Of a DNA stretch of 64,000 nucleotides, positions 37,263 to 51,300 are shown one piece after another. Both the position numbers and the translations under genes were made by a program. Origin of the DNA: Mobula hypostoma (taxonomy: Eukaryota); the NCBI RefSeq assembly GCF_963921235.1, contig NC_086097.1:59646001-59710000 (forward strand), in the 5' to 3' direction. The notes beneath the pieces are model-generated. The model was given only the letters and a program-made list of their open reading frames with translations. It was not told where the DNA came from and made no database searches. Positions within the stretch are counted from its first letter, which is position 1. Each line of letters starts with the position of its first letter.

Positions 37263-39819
37263 TTGTCTCTATTATTTTATCTCATAGTCATCTGTAGAAT
37301 TTTCTGCTTCTCTTCTAAGTTCAATTTGCATGCTTTCTACTTTCTGTTCTGCTTTGTGAAGTGAAATAATGAGAGCTATATAGGCCATAGATTTTGTCTT
37401 TGTTGCTCAATTCTTAAGTCTAATTTTCTCAAAACTTTACATATTTTCCATCACAGTCCCAGTGGAATCCTATTGGATACATTTTTAAAATGCATCTAAA
37501 CTAATTTCCTCGATAAAGAAACATGAAAGGAACTTAACTACCATGTCACTAAAATAACTTAAATACCTTCTCCACTCTGCACTTTCCTCTATGCAATTCT
37601 TCAAAGGCTGTTGTTATGGAAGTTAATAAATATTCATGAAACTAAATCTGGAGATGTCTTTGGTTGGTGTTCCTAAATATCCTGTACTAGAAAAGTCATA
37701 ATTCTTATTTGTCAAAATAAGAACTTCTCAATGGATTTAAGTGCATCAGAAATTAGAATAAAACACTTCCTTTCAATATTTGCAAACCTTCTCCAAGACA
37801 TACATTTCTATGGAATTAAGGACAGAAGAAAATGGACAGAAACTTCATAGTTAAAAGGATATTTGCGAAGCTGATAGCTGGTAAAAATATTCATGAATTG
37901 ACAAATTCCTTATATCAAAACACAGAGAAATAATAGGAAGACATTAAGCACAAGGATATAAACTCTGCCAGTTGGGATTTTGTATCCTTACTTCTATGTA
38001 GATATGTTTTAATTATTCATAACATCAAACAACATAGAGCGCAGTGGATTTGCACAAATACTGATTGGCATGAACATCGTGCAGTGTAGTTTTGAGGCCA
38101 ATAGAAGTGACATTGAGTAGACAAATGAAATGTGGTACTAAAATAACACACACACTCATTTGGAGTAAAAAAGCCAACCAAAGCTCCAGGTTGTATTTGT
38201 CTTCCAACATTCAGCAAAAGAAAAAAAAGATTAATGGTATTGCAGATCATTTATTGCTCCCTTTCCTTTTCAAATAGCTAATAAATTTCCATTTTTTTAA
38301 AAAATACAGGCCCTCAGTTTTTTTGGCGCTGGAACTATTCTAATCATGTAAATGAATTACATAAAATTAACATATGCTAATATCTTAAAAAGGTTAAGGA
38401 GTCATACTCATGATTCCTGTGGTACATTTCTTCAGGTGCAATATAGAAATAGCTATATAGTACATGCAGTTTCACATTCAACACTTCAAAGGCTTTCTGA
38501 ATTTCTCTGCAGTATAATCCTTTCTTTTTTTCCCCCTGAGTGATTTGATTCCTTAGCATTTCTCTCAAATCATCTCTTGTCGGGACCCATGTTGTAGCCA
38601 TTATGAAATATGGATATTTGGCATTTGTTTGCCCTTTCATATCTTCCAAATTTTTTTTGAAGATTTGTTTAAACTCCAAACTCTTGAGGTTACTTTACTT
38701 CTTCGCTCATGTTTATTCACTTGTCTTTCTTCAGATATGCACAGAATATTTTGCACTTGCCAATTTAGTTAAGCAATAACAGTACTTGACATCACATTTA
38801 ATATTCAAGCTATCTTCCTTTTATTTAATTCTTTTGTTCTGACTGTTGTCAATTTCAAGGACACTTTCCTATATTTTTTAAACTGCGTTGTGCTGGTTTT
38901 GTTTCTTTGAACTTGATGTAACTACAAATCTATAAAGAATAACACACATTGTGGCAAGAAAATAGGACATTTAGCTGAACTGACATTTATATTGCACACA
39001 AACTTTTTCCTCTTTTAACTACCTCTTCTCATCCAATTCCCTTATCACTCCAATAAATATAACAAACATCCCTTTCAATGTTTAATACACAATGTTTAAA
39101 TCTATTCCAAAAATTCTTCTACATTCTCCTAACGTGGAATGTGAAGTAATATTTGTAGTAATAGTAAATAATATTTGCAGTGACATATGAAGCAATAATT
39201 TCAATATATTGTATTTATGCCATTTTGTTCTGGACATATCCCTATAAAACAGTAACATATATTTCACATATAAGTAAACATATGTTTTCTATATTTGAAC
39301 TGTTAAAGTCTTTCATGTAAATGCTATCCATCTGGTCTTCTCATGGTGTAATGATTTTCCAGTGAAAATAGTGACAATTTGCTCAATTCTTTCTATTGGC
39401 TGCATTGCTTAATTTTATAATTTCCTTATAAATCTGTTATAAACTATTGCTAGTTCACTAACCTCCTTTCCATAGAATGCAAACCTGAAATTCAGCAAAC
39501 AATGCTTCCACTAAAGGTCTATCTACTTTAGCTATAAATGCTCCTCATTTTGTTTTTCTGAATCTTATGAATCATCATGTGTGTTGCATATACTGTAATC
39601 CTAAAGCACCCTTATTCAATGAAAGGTGCTCGTAGAAAAACTTGAACCCAGAGATGGGTTGATGACTCACAGTTTTAGCCCAATTTGATGGAATGACACC
39701 TTTAGTTCTAAATTTAGGATCCACTATCTCACTCTGGCATCAGCAACTCTTGGACACATGATAAGAATGCACAATCGTTACTCTGGTAATATATAAAATC
39801 AAAAAGTTCTGAGAAAGAC

Positions 39820-40040
39820 ACAGTCAACAAGGTCATGGAAATGCCATTATTTCTCAGTCTCACATCACCCTGACTTGAATAAAACTTAATCCTGATTTGA
39901 CAAATGATTAAAATCTTGCAATTCCCATATCAGTGTAGGATATTATTACGATAACCACTGCACTGGTTTAAGAGAATGTCCAATATCAGTTTCTCCGGGT
40001 GACTTGGGATAGATAATAAACGCAACTGTAGCATTACCAT
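39820..40040 (+). mobile_element. Old non-LTR 3' end remnant, related to 20050-20790
   Basis: caccctgacttgaata and gggatagataataaa resemble 20580-20760. Confidence 0.4.
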
Positions 40041-40324
40041 TTAAATGATAATACTCAATCTTATTAAAAATTGCAAAAGCCCAGCTCTTTTTGTCTTATT
40101 TAAGATTTTCTGCCTCTCTACTGCCTATTACAAAATACAAGAAAATGCGTTGTTGTCAGACAACAGAACAGTATCTCACTAAATAGATGCCTATTTACAA
40201 TTGAGATGCCATTGTTTATGATAGATTTTGTTTACATTATATGATAAAGTGAAAATCTCAAATATTTATACATAATGTGATCTATTAAAATTTACAAGAA
40301 ACTATATAAATAAAAATGTTGTTG

Positions 40325-40520
40325 ATTGCCATCATTGACTCAAGACAACCCTATGGATAGTGTAGCTGTCCAAAGGGTTTCCATGGCAAGATGTGAAGTC
40401 AATTGCCAGGCTTTTCTTCTGCACAGATACTGCTGCTGTCCAGGTTGGGACCCGGCCAGATTTGAACTCAGGACCATTTGCCTTGAAGGCCAGTGCTGGT
40501 ATTGCTACACCACTGGCTGG
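40325..40520 (-). mobile_element. tRNA-derived SINE with RTE-type 3' tail
   Basis: Minus strand A-box-like tggtgtagcaa and B box gagttcaaatc; tail ccatagggttgtcttgagtc resembles RTE/BovB-type ends. Confidence 0.75.
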
Positions 40521-40584
40521 CCCATAAATTAAAATTAGGATTTAAAAAAAATAGCAAAGTATGGGACACAGCAGAAGCAGAGTC

Positions 40585-41365
40585 AATGAGAGAAACAGAG
40601 TCAATAATTCTGGTTGTTGCTTTTCGCCCTTCACTTTCAGCATTCTGAAAGGACTGTTCCCTTTGCAAATCCCAAGTTCATTCTCCTTTCTTCAACGACA
40701 ACGACTCTCCTTCTTATGCACCTTCACAAAACACCCACAGAGGAAGCAACAACTGCCCTTCAATTTGTTTATATGCATTATCTAAATACACTTTCTAGGT
40801 AAAGCAATAATTCACTTGCACTTCTAATCTAATGCACTACATTCAGTGTTCACAATGTACTCTCCTCTACACGGCTGGATCCGACCGTTGGATGGATGAT
40901 AGTTTTTGGGTAACCCAGATGATACCTCGTCAGGCTGACCCAGTGGTCTGTCACCTCAACTTTCCACCTGAATCCCACTGTGATCTCTCTATCTCAGCAT
41001 CTTGCATTATAACAATGAAGGTCACCATAAACTCACAGAACAGCACCTCATCTGTTGAGTTATGTATCTCACTGTTCCATTGTAATTTTTCTTTGTTTTT
41101 CTCTCTCTATTCACCATCTATTTACATTCCCTCGGAAAGATTCACTGTTATTAAGTCTTCACTCTTTCTTTGTCAAAACCAATCTATATCATCCATTTTC
41201 TCTTGGTGTCCTCCTCATTACAAGTATCCCCTTTTTCATCCCTAGTTTTCTCTGCCACTTAAAACAGGCCTGTTTTCTCTACGTTTGCAGTAAGTACAAC
41301 AGCCTAAAATTGTTTTCCCTCAGATGCTGCATGACCTGCAGAGTATTTGCGTCCTTTTCTATTTG
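40585..41365 (+). mobile_element. Penelope-like element fragment (GIY-YIG endonuclease remnant and 3' end)
   Basis: CTSNLMHYIQCSQCTLLY matches the C...N.VY.I.C..C...YIG motif; terminus cagatgctgcatgacctgcagagtatt. Confidence 0.72.
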
Positions 41366-41639
41366 TATTACTTGCACCAGGTACAGTTGAGAGAGCTTGT
41401 GGAGAGGAGAAGGCTGGGAAAGAAACGGCTCTCTCCATCCCTGCTTTCTTTCTGCACTAACCAGCTGTATTGGGGGTGACATGGCAAAGAAAAATCTAAA
41501 ATTATGGTAATTGCTTCTTTCCCATTGAAATAGACCCTCTGATTCTTATTTTCTTTGAATTTTGTAGATTTTTGTCATGTGTTCGCCATGAACTTTCATG
41601 CAGAAAGCCATGAGTCATGAGATCCAAGGACCAACCCGA

Positions 41640-41812
41640 TGATCTGTCAAAGTTGCTACACACATTGATAAGATGGTTAAGAAGACATATGATGCATTTG
41701 TCTTCATTAGGTAAGTCTTCATTGAGTTCAAGAGCCATGAGATAATGTTGCAGCTTCACTAAACTCTGGTTAGACAGTTGGAGTATTGTGTTCAGTTCTG
41801 GTCACTTCATTA
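41640..41812 (+). mobile_element. Old CR1 fragment (host of the next insertion; resumes at 43628-43665)
   Basis: LEYCVQFWSLHY continues as tatagaaaggatgtggaatctttggagagg (YRKDVESLER) after the insert. Confidence 0.82.
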
Positions 41813-43627
41813 CCATAACCATAGAACCATAGAAACTACAGCACAGAAACAGGCTCTTTGGCCCTTCTTGGCTGTGCCAAACCACTCTCTGCCTTTTCCC
41901 ACTGACCTGCACACGGACCATATCCCTCCATACACCTCCCATCCATGTATCTGTCCAATTTATTCTTAAATGTTAAAAAAGAACCCGCATTTACCACCTC
42001 GTCTGGCAGCTCATTCCATACTCCCACCACTCTCTGTGTGAAGAAGCCCCTCCTAATGTTCCCTTTAAACTTTTCCCCTCTCACCCTTAACCCATGTCCT
42101 CTGGTTTTTTTTCTCCCCTTGCCTCAGTGGAAAAAACCTGCTTGCATTCATTCTATCTATACCCATCATAATTTTATATACCTCTATCAAATCTCCCCTC
42201 ATTCTTCTATGCTCCAGGGAATAAAGTCCTAACCTATTCAACCTTTCTCTGTAACTGAGTTTCTCAAGTCCTGGCAACATCCTTGTAAACCTTCTCTGCA
42301 CTCTTTCAACCTTATTTATATCCTTCCTGTAATTTGGTGACCAAAACTGAACACAATACTCCATATTCGGTCTCACCAATGCCTTATACAACCTCATCAT
42401 AACATTCCAAGCTCTTATACTCAATACTACGATTAATAAAGGCCAATGTACCAAAAGCTCTCTTTACGACCCTATCTACCTGTGACGACACTTTTAGGGA
42501 ATTTTGTATCTGTATTCCCAGATCCCTCTGTTCCACTGCACTCCTCAGTGCCTTACCATTAACCGTGTATGTTCTACCTTGGTTTGTCCTTCCAACGTGC
42601 AATACCTCACACTTGTCAGTATTAAACTCCATCTGCCATTTTTCAGCCCATTTTTCCAGCTGGTCCAAGTCCCTCTGCAGGCTCTGAAAGCCTTCCTCAC
42701 TGTCTACTACACCCTCAATCTTTGTATCATCAGCAAACTTACTGATCCAATTTACCACATTATCATCCAGATCATTAATATAGATGACAAATATCAATGG
42801 ACCCAGCACTGATCCCTGTGGCACACCACTAGTCACAGGCCTCCACTCAGAGAAGCAATTTTCTACCACCACCCTCTGGCTTCTTCCATCGAGCCAATGT
42901 CCAATCCAATTTACCACCTCTCCATGTATACCTAGCGACTGAATTTTCCTAACTAACCTCCCATGTGGGAACTTGTCAAAGGTCTTACTGAAGTCCATGT
43001 AGATAATATCCACTCCCTTCCCTTCATCCACTTTCCTGGTAACCTCCTCAAAAAACTCCAACAGATTGGTCAAACATGACCTACCACGCACAAAGCCATG
43101 TTGACTCTCCCTAATAAGGCCCTGTCTATCCAAATGCTTGTAGATTCTGTCTCTTAGTACTCCCTCCAATAACTTACCTACTACTGAGGTCAAACTCACC
43201 GGCCTATAATTTCCCGGATTACTTTTCGATCCTTTTTTAAACAACGGAACAACATGAGCCACTCTCCAATCCTCCGGCACTTCACCCGTAGACAGCGACA
43301 TTTTAAATATTTCTGCCAGGGCCCCCGCAATTCCAACACCAGTCTCCTTCAAGGTCCGAGGGAACATCCCGTCAGGTCCCGGGGATTTATCCACTTTAAT
43401 TTTCCTCAAGACAGCAAGCACCTCCTCCTTTTCAATCTGTACAGTTGCCATGGTCTCACTACTTGATTCCCTCAATTCCATAGATTTCATGCCAGCTTCC
43501 TTAGTAAATACAGACGCAAAAAACCTATTTAAGATCTCCCCCATTACCTTTGGTTCCGCACAAAGCCGACCCACTCTGATATTCAAGATGACCAATTTTA
43601 TCCCTTACAATCCTTTATAGAAATAAT
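41813..43627 (-). mobile_element. CR1 LINE, young, 5'-truncated
   Basis: (accataga)n tail; 403 aa and 129 aa ORFs; TSD TTCATTA at 41806-41812 and 43628-43634. Confidence 0.96.
42384..43595 (-). pseudogene. CR1 ORF2 reverse transcriptase open frame (403 codons), truncated element
   Basis: [41 protein letters not shown]; frameshift into the C-terminal ORF 42065-42454. Confidence 0.9.
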
Positions 43628-45224
43628 TTCATTATAGAAAGGATGTGGAATCTTTGGAGAGGATGTAGTGGAAAACCAGGACACAGCATGGAAGCAGTTC
43701 AGTTCAAAGTTAAAAATACAATGCCTACAGCCATGGGTTAAATTGTCTTCCTTGCATTTATCATACTGCCTGCAGTCTTCAATGGAATTGCCTTGATTCA
43801 GTGCATGAACCCTTTCTTCAATCTGAGGAATACTGATTTCGCCCAATTCCTTTTTTAGATAGTTGGAAAAACAATAGTTAACAGTTTGTATATTTATAAA
43901 AATAAACCCAGTTGACGTGTACGTATGTACATCAAAATTACTAATACAAATTGAATATGCAATTGTAACTCAATACATCACCAAACTTTGGTGAGGGTGG
44001 TCACCCGATATAAATGACATCTTACTGAAGTTCCAGCTACAGCTGGTGCAAATTGGAGGGGCTAGATGCAAAGTGTATGTAACTTTTCACTAAGTAAATT
44101 AGAAATTGGTTCTGTATATGGTAGTGAGATTTATATACCTTACATACCTCTATCGGACTTCCAGCACAACTCTGTAGACACAGAAATGTGAAAATTACAC
44201 ACATATACACAATTGTTGGCTTACCAGCATGATCCAGCTCAATACTTTCAGTTCCCATGATAAGCATTCCCTTTTTACCAGTTCCATCCACTTTACTCAC
44301 TGCAAACCAGGACATCTGCAACATCAGCATCCTATTTTAGTGTAAGGGGTGAATTTATTTAGAATTCTAATCAATGTCCATGTTATAGTAATGCTTCGAT
44401 CTTAAAAGGCCAACTGTAAACCTGTACAAAGGTGTATCATAGCCACTTATCAAAATGAAACCCTGTGCTTGATTTCCTGGTCCTTGCAAGGTACATTTCT
44501 CAAGTACAATGCAAAGGGAAATCGCTACTTTTAGATCTTAACAAATATAGTGTTAATATAAATAAATGGGAATGATTTGATAAAAAGAGCGTGAACGTTT
44601 AAAAATGAAATATTGGGAATGAGGGAATCTAAATAAATTGATTATCTTTCTTAGCTCTTTGTGAATTGTTATTTTATAATGCCAAAAGTGTCCTGTAATT
44701 GAAAATCCAGATGAAATAAGTATTTTCATTTTAGTTTGAGCTGTAATGAGAAGCTGTAAAACTGGATTAGTGAAGGTAGGATTTAATTGACTAGGAGTCA
44801 CGTGTAAGGTCTTTCGAGTTTTAAGAATGCGTCTGATCGCTCCGTTTTTGAATTTACTGCATAATTAATTCCATAGAATACAGCTAATCTAATCATTTGA
44901 GCTTACTATATAATAACTGGATTTCATTTTAAAATGTGCTGAAACAGAATAATATGAAGCTTAAACCAATAGTTAAGAATTAGTTTCTGTACTTTCCATA
45001 ATAATAAATTTTACTATACCAAATTGTGACTACATACAAAAAAGAACCATAAGTGGGCATTAAGATTTTCTTAATAAAAACAGAAATTAGATTTGATACA
45101 GCAGGAATAAATATAAAATAACCAATTCAGGGAATGTTTGCTTGTGTGCTCATAACCCCACTCTGAAACTTATCAGAATGCTATGGACAGTTTTAAATGA
45201 GGGAGGATGTATTTTTCTAGAATG

Positions 45225-45630
45225 GCTCCAGAGTTATACTGGGAAATCCGGTGTTGTTTGCCTGGGAACAAAGAAGATTGAGAGATTTCTCGTGTGGTGT
45301 TCAAGATGATGAGTTTTTCATAATGGATGAATAGAAGAAGACAGTGCACATAAAAAGGATTCCGGGTATTGATTTTAAAATTTGGGCAAGTAAATTAGGA
45401 GAAATAAGTGGTAAAAACTTTGTATACAGAGGTAATGATCATGAACGGGAGATGACTCCCTCCAGAATTGGAGGAACCAGAATCATTCTAAAAGGAATTT
45501 GATTCACCTTTCAGAGAGAATCAAGGGAAATGTGATGAAGTGGGACTTTACGCGTCATTCTACTAGGAGTCGCGTGTAATTGATAGTCTGAATGATATCC
45601 TCTTGTGCTGTAATAATTCCATGATGTATC
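45225..45630 (+). mobile_element. Highly decayed CR1 3' remnant
   Basis: gaacaaagaagattgagagat (EQRRLR) and gtgttcaagatgatg (VFKMM) motifs. Confidence 0.45.
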
Positions 45631-45651
45631 TCTGTGACATATTTGCATCAA

Positions 45652-48254
45652 CATATAGATAGAACATAGAATAGTACAGCACAGTACAGGCCCTTCGGCC
45701 TACAATGTTGTGCCGACCATCAAACCCTGCCTCCCATATAAGCCCCCACCTTAAATTCCTCCATATACCTGTCTAGCAGTCTCTTAAATTTCACTTGTGT
45801 GTCTGCCTCCACCACTGACTCAGGCAGTGCATTCCACACACCAACTACACTCTGAATAAAAAACCTTTCTCTAATATCCCCCTTGAACTTCCCACCCCTT
45901 ACCTTAAAGCCATGTCCTCTTGTATTGAGCAGTGGTGCCCTGGGGAAGAGGCGCTGGCTATCCACTCTATCTATTCCTCTTAATATCTCATATACCTCTA
46001 TCATGTCTCCTCTCATCCTCCTTCTCTCCAAAGAGTAAAGCCCTAGCTCCCTTAATCTCTGATCATAATCCATACACTCTAAGCCAGGTAGCATCTTGGT
46101 AAATCTCCTCTGTACCCTTTCCAATGCTTCCGCATCCTTCCTATAGTGTGGTGACCAGAACTGGACACAGTACTCCAAGTGTGGCCTAACCAGAGTTTTA
46201 TAGAGCTGCATCATTACCTCGCGACTCTTAAACTCTATCCCTCAACTTATGAAAGCTAAAACTCCATTAGCTTTCTTAACTACCCTATCTACCTGTGAAG
46301 CAAATTTCAGGGATCTGTGGACATGTACCCCCAGATCCCTCTGCTCCTCCACACTACCAAGTATCCTGCCATTTACTTTATACTCTGCCTTGGAATTTGT
46401 CCTTCCAAGGTGTACCACCTCACACTTCTCCGGGTTGAACTCCATCTGCCACCTCTCAGCCCACTTCTGCGTCCTATCAATGTCTCTCTGCAATCTTCGA
46501 CAATCCTCTACACTATCTACAACACCACCAACCTTTGTGTCATTTGCAAACTTGCCAACCTACCCTTCTACCCCCACATCCAGGTGGTTAATAAAAATCA
46601 TGAGAAGTAGAGGTCCAAGAACCGATCCTTGTGGGACACCTCTAGTCACAATCCTCCAATCCGAATGTACTCCCTCCACCACAATCCTATGCCTTCTGCA
46701 GGCAAGCCAATTCTGAATCCACCTGGCCAATCCTCCTTGGATCCCATGCCTTCTGACTTTCTGAATAAGCCGACCGTGTGGAACCTTGCCAAATGCCTTA
46801 CTAAAATCCATATAGATCACATCCACTGCACGACCCTCATCTATATGCCTGGTCACCTCCTCAAAAAACTCTATCAAGCTTGTTAGACATGATCTGCCCT
46901 TCATGAAGCCATGCTGACTGTTCCTGATCAGACCATGAATCTCTAAATGCCCATAGATACTATCACTAAGAATCTTTTCCAACAGTATTCCCACCACAGA
47001 CACAAGGCTCGCTGGTCTATAATTACCCGGACTATCCCTGCTACCTTTTTTCAACCGGGGACAACATTCGCCTCCCACCAATCCTCCGGTACCATTCCCG
47101 TAGACAACGAGGAGAAAAAGATCCTAACCAGAGGCTCAGCAATCTCTTCCCTTGCCTCATGGAGCAGCCTGCGGAATATTCCGTCAGGCCCCGGGGACTT
47201 ATCTGTCCTAATGTATTTTAAGAACTCCAACACCTCCTCTCCCTTAATATCAACATACTCCAGAAAATCAACCTCACTCATATTGTCCTCACTGTCATCA
47301 AGTTCCCTCTCATTGGTGAATACCTAAGAGAAGTATTCATTGAAGACCTCGCTCACTTCCACAGCCTGCAGGCACATCTTCCCACCTTTATCTCTAATTG
47401 GTCCTACCTTCATTCCTGTCATCCTTTTTTTCTTCACATAACTGAAGAATGCCTTGGGGTTTTTATTTACCCTACTCGCCAAGGCCTTCTCATGCCCTCT
47501 TCTTGCTCTTCTCAGCCCCTTCTTAAGCTCCTTTCTTGCTACCCTATATTTCTCAATAGACCTATCTGATCCTTGCATCCTAAACCTCATGTATGCTGCC
47601 TTCTTCCACCTGACTAGATTTTCCACCTCACTTGTCACCCATGGTTCCTTCACCCTACCATTCTTTATCTTCGCCACCAGGACAAATTTATCCCTAACAT
47701 CCTGCAAGAGTTCCCTAAATATCGACCACACGTCCATAGTACATTTCCCTGCAAAAAACATCATCCCAGTTCACACCCACAAGTTTGAGCCTTATAGCCT
47801 CATAATTTGCCCTTCCTCAATTAAAAATTTTCCTTTCCTCTCTGATTCGATCCTTTTCCATGATAATGCTAAAGGCCAGGGAGTGGTGGTCACTATCCCC
47901 CAGATGCTCACCCACTGAAAGATCTGTGACCTGACCCATTTCGTTACCTAATACTAGATCTAGTATGGCATTCCCCCTAGTCGGCCTGTCAACATACTGT
48001 GACAGGAACCGTCCTGAACACACTTAAACTCTGCCCCATCTAAACCCTTGGAACTATTCAGGTGCCAATCGATATTTGGGAAGTTAAAGTCACCCATGAT
48101 AACAACCCTGCTATTTTTGCACCTTTCCAAAATCTGCCTCCCAATCTGCTCCTCTGTATCTCTGCTGCTACCAGGGGGCCTATAGAATACTCTCAATAGA
48201 GTAACTGCTCCCTTCCTGTTCCTGACTTCCACCCATACTGACTCAAAAGAGGAT
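45652..48254 (-). mobile_element. CR1 LINE, same subfamily as 14387-17425, 5'-truncated in the endonuclease
   Basis: Near-identical to 14400-16975; several frameshifted ORF2 pieces; tail atagaacatagaatag. Confidence 0.96.
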
Positions 48255-48399
48255 AACAACAATATCAGAATTCCTTTTTCTTGATTTATTAATTTAGTTT
48301 GTGCTATATAATTTCACATTTGTATTCACAAAAATTCTGAAGCTTTCATTATAAATTTCAAGAAACCATTGATCATGTTTCCATATTGACTCCAGAGGC

Positions 48400-51300
48400 C
48401 CAATCCGTAGTGGTAACAGAACACTTTGAGGTAAATAAAAGTACAGAAGACACAAGCAGGGTGGCTATTGCCGGGGCAGCCAATGTTGGGAGAGGGCCAG
48501 CAGTGAGAGTAGGAGCATTGAGTTTTGACTCAAGAGGCTTCAAAAAGAAGAGGCTGAGGCCAAAGACACAGGTTAGAAGATTTGGTATTGTTTTTCCAAT
48601 GTACAGTGCAGGCAGGATGGCAGATATGGCAGTGGAATGCTCCTCCTGAATGTTAGAATTCATGGAACATTTTAATCTCTCTGATGACTACACCTGTGGG
48701 AAGTGTAGCTAACTCCAGTTAATGAAAGACCGCATTAAGGAGCTGGAGCTGGAGTTGGATGAACTTAGCATCATCTGGGAGACAAAACAATTGATAGAAA
48801 TTACTTTTGAGTATGTGTTTGCACCCAGAATGCAGAATTTGGTAGGAGGTAAAGGGTGAAAGAAGTCAGAGTAGGGTCCCCCTGTGGCCATTCCCCTCAG
48901 CAACAGGTATACCTCTTTGAATACTGCTGAGAGGAATGACCTACGTATCTAGGCAAAGCATCATCAGCCAGACCAATAGCACTGTGCTCGGCTCTGAGTC
49001 TCAGAAGTGTAGGGTGAAGTCAGGCGGAGCAATAGTCATAAGGGACTCGATAGCTAGGGGGACAGATAGGAGATTCTGCAGCATCAAGAGAAGCCATGAT
49101 AGTGAGTTGGCTCCGGATGTTAGGGCCCATGTTGCCTCTGAGTGGTTGCAGATGATTCTTGATGGAGAGGATGAGCATCTGGAGGTTGAGGTACATGGTG
49201 GTACCAATGACATAGGCAGGAGAGAGGTAGAGGTCCTGTGCAGTATGATTAGGGAGCTAGGAAGGAGGTTGAAGAGCAGGACCTCCAAGGTGGTAATCTC
49301 TGGATTACTCCCAGTGCCACGAACTAGTGAAGGTCAGAACAGGAAGATAGCACAGATGAAAGGGTGGCTGAGGAGATGGTGCAGGGGGTAGAGTTTCAAG
49401 TTCTTGGATCATTGAAAACTTTTCTAGGGAAGGGGTGACCTGTACAAGTGGGACAGGTTGCACCTGAACTGGAGGGGAACCAATATCCTGGGAGGGAGAT
49501 TTGCTGATGCTATTGGGGAAAGTTTAAACTAGATTTGCAGGGGGTGGGAACCGAAGTGAAGAGGCACAGGATGGGGTGGTTGGCGCACAAGTAGAGACAG
49601 CTTGTAGTCAGTTTGTGAGAAAGGATAAGCAGATGACAGAGCAAAGATGTACTCAGCCAGATGGTTTGGGATGTGTCTATTTTAATGAAAGGAGCATCAT
49701 AAGCAAGGCAGATGAACTTAGAGCGTGGATCAATATGTAGGACTATAACGTTGTGGCCATTACAGAGACTTGGATGTCTCAGGGGCAAGTATGGCTGGTG
49801 AGTGTGTCGAGCTTTAGATGTTTCAAAAAAAAGGCAGGGAAGGAGACAAAAAGGATGGGGGAGCGGCATTGCCGATCAGAGATAGAATCACAGCTGCAGA
49901 AGAGGAGGAAGTCATGGAGGGATTGTCTACTGAGTCATTGTGAGTGGAAGTTAGAAACAAGAAGGGGGCAATAACTCTTCTGCGTGTTTTTCATAGACTC
50001 CCAATAATAACAGAGACACTGAGGAGCCGATAGGGAGGCAGATTCTGGAACGGTGCAATAATAATAGGATTGTTGTGATAGGTAATTTTAACTTTCCTAA
50101 TATTGACTGGCATCTCATCAGAGCAAGGGGTTTAGATGGGGTGGAGTTTGTTAGATGTGTTCAGGAAGGTTTCCTGACACAATATGTAGATAAGCCAATT
50201 AGAGGAGAGGCGGTACTTGATCTGGTATTGGAGAATGAACCTGGTTAGTTGTCAGATGTCTCGGTGGGAAAGCATTTTGGAGATAGCGCTGAAGAGGGAT
50301 AGTAGCAGACAATTTTGAAAAACATTTAATTAGGGTGGGGGAAATATGATGCTATTAGGCAGGAACTCGGGGACATAAATTGGGAGCAGATGCTGTCAGG
50401 GAAATGCACAGCAGAAATGTGGCAAATGTTAAGGGAACATTTGCATGGTGTTCTGTATAGATATGTTCCATTGAGGCAGGGAAAGGATGGTAGGGTAAAA
50501 GGACCATGGTGTACAAAGGATGTAGAAAATCAATCTGGTTAAGAAGAAAAAAAAGCTTACAAAAGTTTTAAGAAACTAGGTACAATTAGAGCTCTAGAAA
50601 ATTACAAGTGTGACAAGAAGGAGCTCAAGAATGAAATTAGGAGAGCTAGAAAGGACAATGAGAAGGCCTTAGTGAGCAGGATTAAGGAAAACCCTAAGGC
50701 ATTCTACAGGTATGTGAAGAGCAAGAGGATGAGCCATGTGAGAAGGGGACTAATCAGGAACAATAGTGGAAACATGTGCATGGAGCTGGAGGAGGTAGTG
50801 GAGGTACTTTATCAATACTTTACTTCAGTATTCACCAGTGAAAAAGACCTTGGCAATTGTGGGGATGATTTACAGTGGACTGAAATGCTTTAATGTATAG
50901 ACATTATGAAAGAGAATGTGCTGGAGCATTTGAAAGGTATTAAGTGAGATAAGTTGCCAGAATCAGACAGGATATACCCCAGGCTACTATGGGAAACAAG
51001 GAAGGAGATTGCTGAGCCTTTGGTGATGATCTTTGCATTATCAATAGGGACTGGAGTAGTACCGGAAGATTGGAAGGTTGCAAATCTTGTTCCCTTGTTC
51101 AAAAAAGGGAGTAGAGATAACCCAGGAAATTACAGACCAGTGAGTCTTATTTCAGTGGTTGGCAAATTGTTGGAGAAGATCCTGAGAGGCAGGATTTATG
51201 AGCATTTGGAGGTAAATCATTTAATTAGGGATAGTCATTATGGCTTTGTCAAGGGCAGGTCATGCCTTATGAATCTGATTGAATTCTTTGAGGATGTAAC

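Noticed and set aside
44037..44330. 97 aa minus ORF with an internal G/GTAAGC donor-like site
   Set aside because: No pyrimidine-rich acceptor and no recognisable protein
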